Of a stretch of DNA of 64,000 bases, positions 19,629 through 31,279 are shown in pieces. The notes under the pieces were generated by a model. It saw only the letters and a list, made by a program, of their open reading frames with translations. It was not told where the DNA came from and made no database searches. How positions within the stretch are numbered: position 1 is the stretch's first letter; each line of letters starts with the position of its first letter. This stretch comes from Candidatus Poribacteria bacterium. GTDB taxonomy: Bacteria > Poribacteria > WGA-4E > PCPOR2b. The stretch covers positions 1,344,001 to 1,408,000 of the forward strand of contig OZ242326.1 in NCBI GenBank assembly GCA_965208325.1. Direction: 5' to 3'. The position numbers and the translations under genes were made by a program.

Positions 19629-20990
19629 ATGGCACATTCAATTCTGGAACGGTATCAGAAGGAATTTTCAAAAGACAGAGAATTAGCGCAACGTGCAAAC
19701 CACACTTTTCCGGACGGTGTTACGCATGACAGCCGGTTTGTAGATCCGTTCCCGGTCTACATCGACCACGCGCAAGGGTCGAAGAAATGGGGAGTTGACG
19801 GAAAGGAATTTATCGATTATTGGGCGGGACACGGCGCGCTATTGTGGGGACACAATCATCCCGACATTGTCGCGGCAGTCACCCAACAGATGCAACGGGG
19901 TACGCATTATGGGGCTAGCCATCTGCTCGAACTGGAGTGGGCGAGTTTAGTGATGGAGTTGATTCCCTCTGCAGAACGTGTTCGATTCGTCAGTTCCGGA
20001 ACAGAGGCGACCCTGATGGCGATTCGACTTGCGCGCACTTTTACCGGCAAGAGCAAGCTGTTGAAATTTGCGGGACATTTCCACGGCTGGCACGATGCCG
20101 TTATATTGGCGGCAAATCCGCCTTTTGAGGCGCGAGTTGCAGGAATTCCGCAAGGCGTCCTTGATACAACGGTGATTTGTCCACCGAATGATATTGACGC
20201 AGTCGAGGACTGTTTGCGAAGTGATTCAGATATCGCTTGTGTCATTCTGGAGCCGACCGGCGGCTCCTTCGGCGCAATTCCAACAGGCGCAGAATTTCTT
20301 CAACAGTTACGCGCGCTGACCCGTGATTACGGTGTGCTGTTAATCTTTGACGAAGTGATTACCGGTTTTCGGGTTGCTCCTGGCGGTGCTCAACAGTGTT
20401 ATAATATCACACCGGATTTGACAACGCTCGCGAAGATTTTAGCTGGCGGTCTGCCCGGCGGTGCGGTTGTTGGAAAGCGGGAGATTATTAATCTTATCTC
20501 AATTAAAGAAGAAAGGATTACAAAGCGCGGCAAGAAAATGCCCCATCCGGGCACCTTTAACGCCAATCCGCTTTCTGCGTCGGCAGGCACCGCCATGCTG
20601 AAAGCCGCTCGGACGGGCGTCCCGCAAAAACAGGTTAACCGCACCGCGGCGACGTTAAGGAGTGGCTTGAACGATGTTATCGACCAGCACCGCCTTGATT
20701 GGGCAGTTTACGGCGAGTTTTCAGAAATCAGGTTTCTCGCCGGACACGGCGTTCGTGAAATGCGTACTGCAGATTTCAAACCTAGCGAGTGGGATTACCG
20801 CACTCTTAAAGAGGGCGGCAATCAAGTATTACTCATGAACCTGCGATGCGGTCTGCTGCTCAACGGGGTTGACATTGCCGAATCGGGAGGCATGACAATG
20901 GTATCCCACACAGAATCAGACATACAAAAAACGTGCACAGCGTTCAATCAGACCGTTGAATGGATGAAGGCAGACGGGCTTTTGGATTAA
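19629..20990 (+). CDS. Class III PLP aminotransferase (GSA-aminomutase-like)
   Basis: SSGTEAT, FHGWHD, LIFDEVITGFR, AKILAGG and GTFNANP. Confidence 0.9.
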   Translation: MAHSILERYQKEFSKDRELAQRANHTFPDGVTHDSRFVDPFPVYIDHAQGSKKWGVDGKEFIDYWAGHGALLWGHNHPDIVAAVTQQMQRGTHYGASHLLELEWASLVMELIPSAERVRFVSSGTEATLMAIRLARTFTGKSKLLKFAGHFHGWHDAVILAANPPFEARVAGIPQGVLDTTVICPPNDIDAVEDCLRSDSDIACVILEPTGGSFGAIPTGAEFLQQLRALTRDYGVLLIFDEVITGFRVAPGGAQQCYNITPDLTTLAKILAGGLPGGAVVGKREIINLISIKEERITKRGKKMPHPGTFNANPLSASAGTAMLKAARTGVPQKQVNRTAATLRSGLNDVIDQHRLDWAVYGEFSEIRFLAGHGVREMRTADFKPSEWDYRTLKEGGNQVLLMNLRCGLLLNGVDIAESGGMTMVSHTESDIQKTCTAFNQTVEWMKADGLLD

Positions 20991-21067
20991 GATTGCAGAT
21001 ATTGAGGCCTGGCTGCTTATGGAGGTCTCCAATTGCAATTGACCAGTGCAAAAATTAGGAGATTTAG

Positions 21068-22708
21068 ATGAAAGGAATTGATGCAGTTGCAAAAGTATTG
21101 AAAATTGAAGGCGTTGAATATCTGTTCTGTTTTCCGGCGAACACGCTCATCGACGCTTCGGCTAAGATTGGGATTCGACCGATTATGGCGCGTACGGAGC
21201 GAACCCTAATCAACATGGCGGACGGATTTAGCCGCATATCCAACGGCGAACGCATCGGCGTTGCCGTGGTACAGCGAGGGCCGGGAAGCGAAAACGCTTT
21301 CGGCGGGGTAGCGCAAGCGTACTCTGATTCCGTTCCCATTTTGGTGCTTCCCGGCGGACTCAGCCGACGGAGTCTCGGCATTCCCACCAATTTTGAGGCG
21401 GTAAGGAATTATACGGGCGTGACCAAGTGGGTCGCCCAAGTAAATGTTGCGGACCGCATACCGGAAATGATGCGGCGGGCGTTCAGTTTGCTACGAATGG
21501 GACACCCGGGACCTGTGATGCTTGAAACGCTTCAAGATGTAGAGGATGAGGAAATTGACGATGATTTCGCCTACACACCCCCGAAGCCCGTCAAACCCGC
21601 CGGAGATTTACAGGATATTGAAGGAGCGGTCAAAGCGCTACTGGCTGCGGAGCACCCTATGCTGCATGTAGGGCAGGGCGCCCTCTACGCAGACGCGTCG
21701 GAAGAGTTGATGAAATTCGCTGAAATGTTACAGGTGCCGGTGATGACAACGATGGCAGGGAAGAGTGTGTTTCCGGAAAATCATCCCTTGTCAATCGGCG
21801 CGAGCGGCTACAGCGGCACGGGTATGGTCAAGCACTTTTTGAATAAAGCCGATCTCGTATTTGGGATTGGGTGCAGCTTTTCAAAGTCCATTATGGCAAC
21901 ACCGATTCCTAGCGGCAAGGTGCTGGTTCAGAATTCAATCGATGAACTCGACATTAACAAGGATTACGCTGTCGACCACGCCATTCTCGGCGACTCCAGG
22001 ATTGTGTTGAATCAACTTATCGAAGAAGCAAAAAAACAACTGGGAGACGAGGCGCCGCGGGATAGAAAAGAGGTCGTAGATGAGATTAAAACGGTGAAGG
22101 CAAATTGGTTGTCAGAGTGGATGCCGAAGCTAACGTCGGACGAAATTCCAATCAATCCGTATCGCGTCATCTGGGACTTAATGCACGCTGTGGATAGAAC
22201 ACAGTCGATCGCCACGCATGATTCCGGAAATCCACGGGATCAGATGCTCCCCTTTTACGAGACGATTGCCCCGCGCAGCTACATTGGTTGGGGGAAATCC
22301 ACACAGTTGGGATACGGGTTGGGGTTAACAATGGGCGCAAAACTAGCGGCACCAGAAAAACTTGCCCTCAATGTCATGGGCGATGCGGCGTTTGGCATGG
22401 CCGGGCTGGATTTTGAAACTGCGGCACGAGAACGCATTCCTGTCCTTACAATTCTCCTCAACAACTCTGCACTCGGCGGCTATGAGAAACACATGCCGGT
22501 GGCGACAGAACGCTACGGCACGAAATTCCTCACCGGGGACTATGCGAAGGTGGCGGAAGGCTTAGGCGGCTATAGTGAAAAGGTAGAAAGCCCAGCCGAA
22601 ATAATCCCGGCTATCCATCGCTGCCAGAAAGCGCTGGAAGATGGCAAACCCGCCCTACTCGAAATAATTACGTGTGAAGAAGGCATCGTGTTTTCGAGAG
22701 GTTTTTGA
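21068..22708 (+). CDS. Thiamine-diphosphate-dependent enzyme (ALS-like family)
   Basis: RTER..MADG, GPG, GPV and GDAAFGM...NN ThDP motif. Confidence 0.9.
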   Translation: MKGIDAVAKVLKIEGVEYLFCFPANTLIDASAKIGIRPIMARTERTLINMADGFSRISNGERIGVAVVQRGPGSENAFGGVAQAYSDSVPILVLPGGLSRRSLGIPTNFEAVRNYTGVTKWVAQVNVADRIPEMMRRAFSLLRMGHPGPVMLETLQDVEDEEIDDDFAYTPPKPVKPAGDLQDIEGAVKALLAAEHPMLHVGQGALYADASEELMKFAEMLQVPVMTTMAGKSVFPENHPLSIGASGYSGTGMVKHFLNKADLVFGIGCSFSKSIMATPIPSGKVLVQNSIDELDINKDYAVDHAILGDSRIVLNQLIEEAKKQLGDEAPRDRKEVVDEIKTVKANWLSEWMPKLTSDEIPINPYRVIWDLMHAVDRTQSIATHDSGNPRDQMLPFYETIAPRSYIGWGKSTQLGYGLGLTMGAKLAAPEKLALNVMGDAAFGMAGLDFETAARERIPVLTILLNNSALGGYEKHMPVATERYGTKFLTGDYAKVAEGLGGYSEKVESPAEIIPAIHRCQKALEDGKPALLEIITCEEGIVFSRGF

Positions 22709-22774
22709 AGCCCAGTGGCGGAAACAGGTCTTGCGCTCAAACCCCAAAAAAAACCGGATTAGGGTTATTAGTCT

Positions 22775-23527
22775 TTGGTTGACTCACAGCCTGAACCGAC
22801 TATGTTGACATCCCAAACCCCTCCCGAGGCGAGTCCGCCATCAGCACTCGTGCGCCTAGATTGCTTGAGCAAAGTTTACAAAGAAGGCAACCTGCGCCGA
22901 ACAGTTATAGATGAGTTGAGCGGCGCATTATACGAAGGCGAGTTTGTCTGCCTTTTGGGGAAATCAGGCAGTGGGAAAAGCACGTTACTAAACCTTATCT
23001 CCGGAATTGATACCCCCAGCAGCGGACATGTATTCATACGGCATGGCAATCGTGAAATCGCCATCACCGGACTGACCGAATACCAGCGAACCCGCTTCCG
23101 ACGTTGCCACATCGGCATTGTTTTCCAGTTTTTTAACCTCATTCCAACGCTCACCACGTTTGAAAATGTAAAATTACCGCTAGAACTTGCCGGCCTAACC
23201 GCACGCAACGCACTCGCCCGTGCGCGCGCTCTGCTTAAGCAAGTTGGGTTAGGGGACCGCCTCAATACCTATCCAGACAAGCTGAGCGGCGGGGAACAAC
23301 AGCGGGTAGCGATTGCGCGTGCTCTCATTCATAATCCTCTGCTGCTGCTAGCCGATGAACCGACGGGGAATCTAGACGCAGAATCCAGCGAAACCGTTCT
23401 ATCTCTATTGCTTGAGATGAGTGTCAAAGCAAATAAGATGTTGTTGATTGCCACGCATGCGCCTGAAATAGCGCAGCGCGCAGACCGGGTTTTACATATT
23501 CAAAACGGAAAGCTCGTGGGCGATTAA
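22775..23527 (+). CDS. ABC transporter ATP-binding protein (LolD/MacB-like)
   Basis: [16 protein letters not shown] and [10 protein letters not shown]. Start uncertain. Confidence 0.93.
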   Translation: MVDSQPEPTMLTSQTPPEASPPSALVRLDCLSKVYKEGNLRRTVIDELSGALYEGEFVCLLGKSGSGKSTLLNLISGIDTPSSGHVFIRHGNREIAITGLTEYQRTRFRRCHIGIVFQFFNLIPTLTTFENVKLPLELAGLTARNALARARALLKQVGLGDRLNTYPDKLSGGEQQRVAIARALIHNPLLLLADEPTGNLDAESSETVLSLLLEMSVKANKMLLIATHAPEIAQRADRVLHIQNGKLVGD

Positions 23528-23605
23528 AATTGGAGAACACCCCACCCAAATCTTTGAAGCACGAACTCTTCCTCGGCGTAAGGCGGAATAGATAAGAAAC
23601 TTGGT

Positions 23606-23716
23606 AGGTTCTGTTGACATTTGGAAAATTGAATCAATCTTTGCGCCGCGTGTTTTTGGGCAGACACAGGACCTGCCCCTACATAATCCTTGTAGGGACA
23701 ACCCTTGTGGTTGCTC
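23606..23716. repeat. MITE-like end plus two GTAG REPs between the ABC genes
   Basis: AGGTTCTGTTGACATTT, GGGCAGACACAGGACCTGCCCCTAC (23658-23682) and GTAGGGACAACCCTTGTGGTTGCTC (23692-23716). Confidence 0.65.
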
Positions 23717-23861
23717 TTTTAAGTCAGACACATCCTCCGATTTGGGTTTTTGGCGAATCAAACGGTCGTATGTTGCATTAGCGACACCAATATGATAATA
23801 CGCCCTAATTACTGCAAAAGGGAAAGGGACAGCATACATCGCAATTTCCACAAGTTGACTG

Positions 23862-26594
23862 ATGGAAATCGACAGAAAAAGACGCCGTATTGGAATCGTT
23901 GACACGTTGTTCCACTTGGCACTGGGACACGCTTGGCGGCGCCCTCTCCAGAGTGCTTTTCTCATCATCGGAGTTGCATTGGGGGTAGGGATAATTGTTG
24001 CAATGGATCTCGCCAACAATGCGGCGAATCGCGCTTTCACCCTGAGCACGGAAGCTGTAGCCGGTAAAGCCACTCATCGGATAGTCGGCGGGCCTAACGG
24101 TCTGAACGAGGAGGTTTATGTTGGGCTGCGGCGCCAGTTGGGCTATCGGCTTAGTGCACCGGCCGTAACAGCATACGTCACAGTCGACGAATTGGATGCG
24201 CAACCGATGCAACTGTTTGGGGTGGACAGTTTTGCCGAATCTCCATTTCGAAGTTATCTGGTCGATGAGCATATCGGTTTTGGAGACACTGAAACGCTCA
24301 AGGCTTTTGTGACTCAACCGCGAACGGTTTTGATGAGCGCGGAAACCGCTCTCCGATACAATTTGGTAAAAGGGGACAAACTCCATGTGCAAGTTGGCAG
24401 CCGGAATGCTGCGGTGGAGATTATCGGTCTGCTACGTCCAGCGGAGGAACGAAGTCGGCGTGCCCTGGACGGCCTGCTAATTGCGGACATTGCGACTGCG
24501 CAAGAAGTTTTGGGCAAGATTGGCATGCTGGATCGAATTGACCTAATTGTCCCTGACGGCGATGCAGGCGCAGCAATTCTCAAAAAAATCGCCGCAATCC
24601 TCCCGCCCGGCGCCCGTATTGAGAGACCCGATGCACGCAGCGAGTCGGTCTCGGAAATGACCTCCGCATTCCAACTAAATCTCACCGCTCTCAGTCTACT
24701 GGCGTTGCTGGTTGGCGTATTCCTGATTTATAATACCGTCGCCATCAGTGTCGTCCAGCGCCGCCCTGTTTTGGGCAGTCTGCGTGCTTTGGGCATGACT
24801 CGAGGCGAGATTTTCACGATTGTTCTGATTGAGGCGGGTGTGCTTAGCATTATTGGAACTTTAATAGGCATCGGATTAGGGATACTCTTGAGCCGCGGCG
24901 CCGTGCAACTGGTTACACAGACGCTCAACGACATCTTTTTTGTAGTCACTGTACGTCAGATTGATGTCCCGCTGCACACGCTGGTCAAAGGTGTTGTGAG
25001 CGGTATTGGCGCGGCATTAACAGCGGCGATGCTGCCAGCTTACGAGGCGTCCCGTGTACCCCCCGCTGGAGCTATACGCCGCAGCAACATTGAAGAACGG
25101 ACTTCCGCCGTTTTGCCTTGGGTCTGCGGGGCAGGGGTAGGCGTGCTACTGTTGGGCGTGTTTCTGCTCATTCCAGAATGGGATTTGAGTGTTACGCTTG
25201 CCGGCGTATTTGCCGTAATTATCGGCATCGCACTACTTGCACCGATAATGACCTTAGGGCTGATGCGTGTCATCGAATTCGTTAACCGTGCGATAGTTTC
25301 AATTCGACTTCCCGACACAACGAAAACCACAACGCCTCGCATTGCCTTACCGGATACCAATTGCGGTGAAGGCGATTTACCCAAGCCGAACCCCAATACA
25401 CAACCCATCAATTTCGAGTCCTTGAAGGAATCGCGTTTTGCGTTTCATGCCCTGGTGCGTATGGCGACCCGAAACATTAAACGTTCGCTAAGCCGCACCT
25501 CAGTCGCCATTGGCGCGTTGATGGTCGCGGTCAGCACGATAATTGGCGTAAGCGTGATGATTAGCAGTTTCCGCTTGACAGTAGATCGGTGGCTGACAGA
25601 TTTGCTGCAGGCAGATATTTTTGTTTCTCCGCCGGCGTTAGGCCGTACGGCAGCGCCGCTTGATCCCGCGGCGGCAAAGAAGTTGGCATCGTTCCCCGGT
25701 GTGGCTCAATTTGCAACGAGCCGCGTTGTGGACGTACACACGAGTGAATATGGCGTAATCCAACTGGTTGCAGTTAATATGGACATTGCCGGCGCCAAAC
25801 GACACTACAAAACCGCTATGGGGAATCATGAGGCTACATGGCATGCGCTGGAAGGCGGAGGACTTATTGTGAACGAGCCGATGGCGAATCGGTTTGATTT
25901 GGGTGTGGGCGATAAAATTACATTGTTCACGGATTACGGCGAACAGCGATTCCCAATTGTGGCTGTAGACTTTGATTTTGATGTTCAACACCGGGTGTTA
26001 ATGTACGATTCCATCTACCGCAAATTTTGGACGGATACCCACCTATCCTCTGTAGCGCTCTTTGTTGAACCCGATGTCGAAATTGATGCCAAGATTGATG
26101 CTTTGAGAAAGACGTTTTCCGGCAGCCTTAACTTGACGATTCAATCTAACCGCCGGCTTCGAGAAAACAGCCTTGCAATTTTCGATCGAGCATTCAGCAC
26201 AACGGCAGCATTGCAAATGCTTGCCACGGTGGTGGCATTTATTGGTGTTCTCAGCACGTTGATGAGTCTGCAACTTGAGCGCAGCCGAGAAATCGGCACA
26301 TTGCGAGCCATCGGCATGACACGGCAACAACTGTGGAAATTGACCTTTTTCGAAACAGGACTGATCGGAGGCAGTGCGGGGCTGATTGCTATACCGACGG
26401 GGATTCTTTTGAGCGTGATTCTTATCTATGTTATCAACCTCCGTTCGTTTGGCTGGACGCTTCAGATGCAACTTCAGGCGGTACAATTCATACAGGCGTT
26501 CGCGGTTGCGGTAGCTGCCGCGCTGTTGGCAGGCATTTACCCGGCGTGGCGATTAGGAAGAACGCCGCCTGCTGATGCGTTACGTATGGAGTAA
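23862..26594 (+). CDS. ABC transporter permease with two FtsX-like domains
   Basis: Duplicated TM/periplasmic architecture with SLRALGMT and [11 protein letters not shown] motifs. Confidence 0.92.
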   Translation: MEIDRKRRRIGIVDTLFHLALGHAWRRPLQSAFLIIGVALGVGIIVAMDLANNAANRAFTLSTEAVAGKATHRIVGGPNGLNEEVYVGLRRQLGYRLSAPAVTAYVTVDELDAQPMQLFGVDSFAESPFRSYLVDEHIGFGDTETLKAFVTQPRTVLMSAETALRYNLVKGDKLHVQVGSRNAAVEIIGLLRPAEERSRRALDGLLIADIATAQEVLGKIGMLDRIDLIVPDGDAGAAILKKIAAILPPGARIERPDARSESVSEMTSAFQLNLTALSLLALLVGVFLIYNTVAISVVQRRPVLGSLRALGMTRGEIFTIVLIEAGVLSIIGTLIGIGLGILLSRGAVQLVTQTLNDIFFVVTVRQIDVPLHTLVKGVVSGIGAALTAAMLPAYEASRVPPAGAIRRSNIEERTSAVLPWVCGAGVGVLLLGVFLLIPEWDLSVTLAGVFAVIIGIALLAPIMTLGLMRVIEFVNRAIVSIRLPDTTKTTTPRIALPDTNCGEGDLPKPNPNTQPINFESLKESRFAFHALVRMATRNIKRSLSRTSVAIGALMVAVSTIIGVSVMISSFRLTVDRWLTDLLQADIFVSPPALGRTAAPLDPAAAKKLASFPGVAQFATSRVVDVHTSEYGVIQLVAVNMDIAGAKRHYKTAMGNHEATWHALEGGGLIVNEPMANRFDLGVGDKITLFTDYGEQRFPIVAVDFDFDVQHRVLMYDSIYRKFWTDTHLSSVALFVEPDVEIDAKIDALRKTFSGSLNLTIQSNRRLRENSLAIFDRAFSTTAALQMLATVVAFIGVLSTLMSLQLERSREIGTLRAIGMTRQQLWKLTFFETGLIGGSAGLIAIPTGILLSVILIYVINLRSFGWTLQMQLQAVQFIQAFAVAVAAALLAGIYPAWRLGRTPPADALRME

Positions 26595-26720
26595 TAACGC
26601 CAAATGCCCGTGTCCGAACCGCATGATGTCTAGCAAAAGTTAAGGCGCCATAAACGAACCGAAGGCAGCAACAGTCTAATCTTTGCAGAACACCGCTATT
26701 TATGCAACTTCGATGATTGC

Positions 26721-26750
26721 TTGACACCGTTAGAAAAAACGTGATAAAAT
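26721..26750 (+). promoter_or_regulatory. Putative sigma70 promoter of the TPR gene
   Basis: TTGACA, 18 bp spacer, TAAAAT with a TG extension. Confidence 0.5.
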
Positions 26751-26817
26751 TCGTTGATTTTCATGCACATAATTTTATAGACAATAACAATCTCGCTTCA
26801 GTGTAGGAGTGAATACC

Positions 26818-28059
26818 ATGAAAAAATTCGTTATTCTCGAAATCGTCGTCATCATCACTTTTGTGATTGGAGTTTTCGTCGGGTATCTGTGGTTCAAACC
26901 GGACGAAAGTTATCAAAATTACTATAAACGAGCCGACGCGGCATGGACAGAAGCTGAGAAATTGAATACGCCGCCCGTTACACTGGACGACCCTGATGTG
27001 GACCGTATCCGGCAGGTCAGAGCCGCATATCGGACCGTTTTTGATGATTACCCTGATAGCCGTTGGGCGGATGATGCGATGTACCACATGGCAGCGGAGA
27101 TTGCACGAACTGATGAAGAGGCATTTGTTCTCTACCGGCGTCTCATTAACGACTATTCGCACAGCGAATGGGCAGATGACTCGTTATACCTAATCGCCAT
27201 GGGCTCGTATCGAACTGCGGAGAGCATTCGAACGGGAGGTAAGTCAGGTTCTGCAGACCTGCATTATGAACGCGCTTACGCGCTATTCTCTCAACTGATT
27301 CGAGATTATCCCGGCAGCACGCTTGTCGATGAATCCCGTCTGAATTTAGAATTGTGCCATTACGGAAAAGGCAACTTAGAGCTTGCACTCGAAGGGCTCC
27401 AAAGAATAATAGAGGACTTTAGAGATAATTACGATCTCTACATCAGGATTGAATATCGGATTGGGCACATATACACTGAAAAGCAAGATTACGACAAAGC
27501 CCGAAAATATTTCGAAAGAGTCGTGCTGTCCGCGCATACGGAATTGGCGCCGCTTGCGAAGTTTGGCATCGCTCAGACACAGTTTGCGGAAAAGAGGTTT
27601 GAGGACGCAATCAAGACATATCAGGATGTCATTGACTCCTACCCCGAATCAGATTCTGCGGAAGACGCCCATTTTTACATTGGTTGGGCTTTTGACAAGT
27701 TGGAAAAGTATGACGAAGCCATTATCCAGCTTGAGACCGCGATCGAGAAATATCCGCACAACGAGGCTACCCAGAACAACCAATTTTATGTGGCTCAGAT
27801 TTATTTCAAGAAGAATGATGCGGATGGGGCAATTCAGGCTTACCGGAAGGTTGCGGACAACTCTACTTTTGATTACGATGCGAGACGATCTGCACAATAT
27901 TGGATTGGTTGGATTTATGAAGAGACGGACGATGTGAATCAAGCTGTGGCGGAATATAAAAAACTGTTAAAGAACTTCTTAGAACCCCACCGCGTTGCAC
28001 GTCACCCATCGAATAACATCAGTGAGAACTACATTAAAGACCTGGAATCACGCGAGTAG
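26818..28059 (+). CDS. Membrane-anchored TPR protein (BamD/CpoB-like repeats)
   Basis: N-terminal TM helix and repeated YPxSxxAxxAxY TPR units. Confidence 0.85.
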   Translation: MKKFVILEIVVIITFVIGVFVGYLWFKPDESYQNYYKRADAAWTEAEKLNTPPVTLDDPDVDRIRQVRAAYRTVFDDYPDSRWADDAMYHMAAEIARTDEEAFVLYRRLINDYSHSEWADDSLYLIAMGSYRTAESIRTGGKSGSADLHYERAYALFSQLIRDYPGSTLVDESRLNLELCHYGKGNLELALEGLQRIIEDFRDNYDLYIRIEYRIGHIYTEKQDYDKARKYFERVVLSAHTELAPLAKFGIAQTQFAEKRFEDAIKTYQDVIDSYPESDSAEDAHFYIGWAFDKLEKYDEAIIQLETAIEKYPHNEATQNNQFYVAQIYFKKNDADGAIQAYRKVADNSTFDYDARRSAQYWIGWIYEETDDVNQAVAEYKKLLKNFLEPHRVARHPSNNISENYIKDLESRE

Positions 28060-28218
28060 TTGAATTCAAATACCTAGATACATCTTGACCTAGAATTGGA
28101 AAACTGATAAGATTGAAAACCGGTAGCGGATATAGTCAATGGAGACCACCTGAATTCATTGATTACCGACCGTGATGTCACTAGAAGCGAGCATACGAAA
28201 ACAGCTAAAGGGGGCGCT

Positions 28219-29805
28219 ATGCGAAAACTCCGAATCGGGATTATCGACCTTGTGACTAAAGGTCCGACGAAAGCATTGTGGGGGCGCGTAATGCACGCCA
28301 ATTTTGCCAGCATTATGCCGCAAGTCATCGGCGCATGGTGCGAAGAGGAAGGGCACGATGTCACACTTGTGTGCTATACCGGTTTTGAGAACTTAACGGA
28401 GGAGTTGCCGCAGGACGTTGATTTAGTCTTTATCGGCGCGTTCTCACAGGCTGGACAATTGGCGTATGCGTTAAGCAACCTGTTTCGGTCAAAAGGCGCT
28501 GTCACTGTACTCGGAGGGCCGCATGCTCGTTGCTACCCACAGGATGCACAAAAGTACTTCGACTACGTCCTCGGTTTCACGGATAAAGCACTGATACATG
28601 ATGTCCTGCGGGACTGTTCGCAACACCGACCTGTCGGCGTGCACATCGCAGCCAAGCAGCAGCCTAGAACGCTGCCGGGCGTCCGCGAACGATGGAAGTT
28701 TATCGAACAGACGCTGCACAAAGCCCCGCTCATCAAGATTGTACCTATGATTGGCAGCCTCGGTTGTCCCTACACCTGTAGTTTCTGCATTGATTCGGTC
28801 GTACCGTATCAGCAATTGAGTTTTGATGTCATCAAGGATGATTTGCGGTTCCTGATGCGGAAGTTTAGGCGGCCGCGCGTCGGTTGGCACGATCCTAACT
28901 TTGGCGTGCGGTTCAACGATTATATGGATGCCATAGAGGAAGCGGTGCCGCCCGACAGCATTGATTTCATCGCGGAGAGCAGTCTCGCTCTCTTGTCAGA
29001 GCCGCATTTGAAGCGGCTCAAATACAATGGATTCAAAGCTATCTTGCCCGGAATTGAGTCGTGGTACGATATGGGAAATAAGTCGAAGACCGGCAAAACG
29101 AAAGGCATTGACAAAGTCCGGCAGGTCTCGGATCATATAAATACCATGTTACGGTATATCCCTTACGTGCAAACGAACTTCGTGTTTGGCCTTGACGTTG
29201 ACGAAGGCGCGGAACCCTTTGAACTCACAAAGCGATTTTTAGATATGACGCCGGGCGCATTTCCCGCCTATTCGCTGATTTCGTCGTTTGGACAAGCTGC
29301 TCCGCTCAATCTCGAATACCAGCGCTCCGATCGTGTACTCCCGTTCCCATTTCACTTCTTGAACAATAACCACGCGATGAACGTCAAGCCGAAGCACTAT
29401 GTTTGGCCGGAATTTTATGATCAGGTGGTCAATGTGAGCAAGCATTCGTTTTCACGCCATGCAATAATCAACCGATATCGTGTGATTAAGGATACTATCC
29501 CGCGATGGCTGAACGTTGTCAGGGCTGTGTCTTCAGAAGGATTTGGCCGAATTAAGTATTTTACCGAGGTGCGCCAACGGCTAGACACAGATAAGCAGTT
29601 TCGATCCTATTTCGAAGGCGAGACTACCGAACTTCCACAATTCTATGTCGATCGCGTGCGCAGAGACCTTGGATCACTGTGGGAATGGCTTCCGGACGGA
29701 GGACTGCATCATGACCCCAACGCTTATCTCAAATCGGAGGATATTGCGGTTCAAACACCTTCTAAGGTCAGAGATGCAATTCAAGCACGCGCAACCGCTT
29801 CCTAG
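28219..29805 (+). CDS. Radical SAM protein with B12-binding-like N-terminal domain
   Basis: VLGGPHA and GCPYTCSFC (CxxxCxxC). Confidence 0.88.
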   Translation: MRKLRIGIIDLVTKGPTKALWGRVMHANFASIMPQVIGAWCEEEGHDVTLVCYTGFENLTEELPQDVDLVFIGAFSQAGQLAYALSNLFRSKGAVTVLGGPHARCYPQDAQKYFDYVLGFTDKALIHDVLRDCSQHRPVGVHIAAKQQPRTLPGVRERWKFIEQTLHKAPLIKIVPMIGSLGCPYTCSFCIDSVVPYQQLSFDVIKDDLRFLMRKFRRPRVGWHDPNFGVRFNDYMDAIEEAVPPDSIDFIAESSLALLSEPHLKRLKYNGFKAILPGIESWYDMGNKSKTGKTKGIDKVRQVSDHINTMLRYIPYVQTNFVFGLDVDEGAEPFELTKRFLDMTPGAFPAYSLISSFGQAAPLNLEYQRSDRVLPFPFHFLNNNHAMNVKPKHYVWPEFYDQVVNVSKHSFSRHAIINRYRVIKDTIPRWLNVVRAVSSEGFGRIKYFTEVRQRLDTDKQFRSYFEGETTELPQFYVDRVRRDLGSLWEWLPDGGLHHDPNAYLKSEDIAVQTPSKVRDAIQARATAS

Positions 29806-29931
29806 GGTATTAGCAGTGATGCCGCGGACCTTGAGCCAGCGTGAGTTAACACGCTAACCACGAAGCGGAGTTGTATGTTGTGAAGGCACGCCAATTACCG
29901 TACTGATGCAAGCATATGTGAATGCATCATA

Positions 29932-30999
29932 TCATCCCACCCATGCAGTCCGCGGGTTCATGATATTTGGGTCATCATCCAGGGTGAACTTTTCAGATTC
30001 GTTTGATGTCCAATCGTCATCACCGGCACCTTCAAGTTCAAACCCCGCGTCCTTTACCATCTGGTAAACTTTGTTTTTCTGATCCCCCCGCGTTACGAGA
30101 TAACCATCGACAAAAAGTGAGTTGGCTGGATACAGCGCGATCGACTGGAGTCCACGTAGATGCCCCTCACGACCGCCGCCGATGCGAATCTCGGCAGTTG
30201 GATTGACGAATCGGAACATACAGAGAATCCTCAAGCAGCGTTCCGGTGTCAATTGGTTGAAATCGTAGATTGGATTTCCGCCGATGGGGACTAGGAAATT
30301 GATTGGGATGGATGGGACCTTCATACGGCGAAGGGCATGAGCAACGTCCAGAATGTCTTCATCCGATTCGCCCATTCCAACTATCATACCGCTACAGGTT
30401 TGCAAACCCGCCTCTTTTGCCGCATTAAGCGTATCGACCCGATCTTGGTAGGTATGTGAACTGACAATGTTCGGCGTGTGTGATTCGCTCGTATTCAGGT
30501 TGTGATTGAGACGGTCCAACCCAGCCGCTTTGAGTATCTTCGCTTTCTCTAAATCAACAATTCCGGCAGAAAGACAGGTCTTAATTCCAACTTCATGACT
30601 GATGCGCTTGATAATATGAGCAAGTTGTTTGGTTCTTTTTTGGGTTGGCCCTCGTCCACTGGACACCATGCAGTAGCGGTAGACGCCGTTCTCTTTAGCA
30701 TCATGCGCCTCTTGAAGGATGTCATCTTCGTTTTTCATTGCGTACTGCTTTATTGGGGCTTTAGACACCTTAGATTGGCCGCAATACCCGCAATCTTCGG
30801 GACACAGACCATTTTGGATATTGTTGATTTTGTGAATTTTGACCTTTTTCCCGAATGCCGCCATACGCACATCGCCCGCGGCGGCGGCCATGCGTAAAAC
30901 ATCGACACGCGGATCCGCCAGCATCATTTCCGTGTCCATCCGTGGAAATTCAGCGCCGCGAAGTGCAGTTTGCGTCCATGCTTCATAGTCAATGCCCAT
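29932..30999 (-). CDS. bioB: Biotin synthase
   Basis: CPEDCGYCGQS, NHNLNT, CSGMIVGMGE, IPINFL and RIGGGRE. Confidence 0.95.
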   Translation of the reverse strand: MGIDYEAWTQTALRGAEFPRMDTEMMLADPRVDVLRMAAAAGDVRMAAFGKKVKIHKINNIQNGLCPEDCGYCGQSKVSKAPIKQYAMKNEDDILQEAHDAKENGVYRYCMVSSGRGPTQKRTKQLAHIIKRISHEVGIKTCLSAGIVDLEKAKILKAAGLDRLNHNLNTSESHTPNIVSSHTYQDRVDTLNAAKEAGLQTCSGMIVGMGESDEDILDVAHALRRMKVPSIPINFLVPIGGNPIYDFNQLTPERCLRILCMFRFVNPTAEIRIGGGREGHLRGLQSIALYPANSLFVDGYLVTRGDQKNKVYQMVKDAGFELEGAGDDDWTSNESEKFTLDDDPNIMNPRTAWVG

Positions 31000-31279
31000 A
31001 ACATAAGCCTCCTAACGCCGTCTGAAGTCAATGCGATTGGTAATTTTATCATGTATCTGAGAAGTGAGCAAGCGATAAAGGGAGTAATTCCTCAATCAAG
31101 CAGTTAGCCGAGTCAATTACGTATTGCGGATATGGAGTGGAACCGAACAGAAAATGGACAGCGACATCGGGCATTGCAGATTGACACCGAGAAAAAAATT
31201 GCCTGTCATTCAGTGTCATGCTAAAATATAATTTGCAAAAATGAATGTGACTTTAAAAGCACAACCGTTAATTTCTACC

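Noticed and set aside
19629..20990. Naming this gene hemL
   Set aside because: The family is right, but the N-terminus is divergent (GVTHDSR rather than GVNSPVR) and there is no heme gene context.
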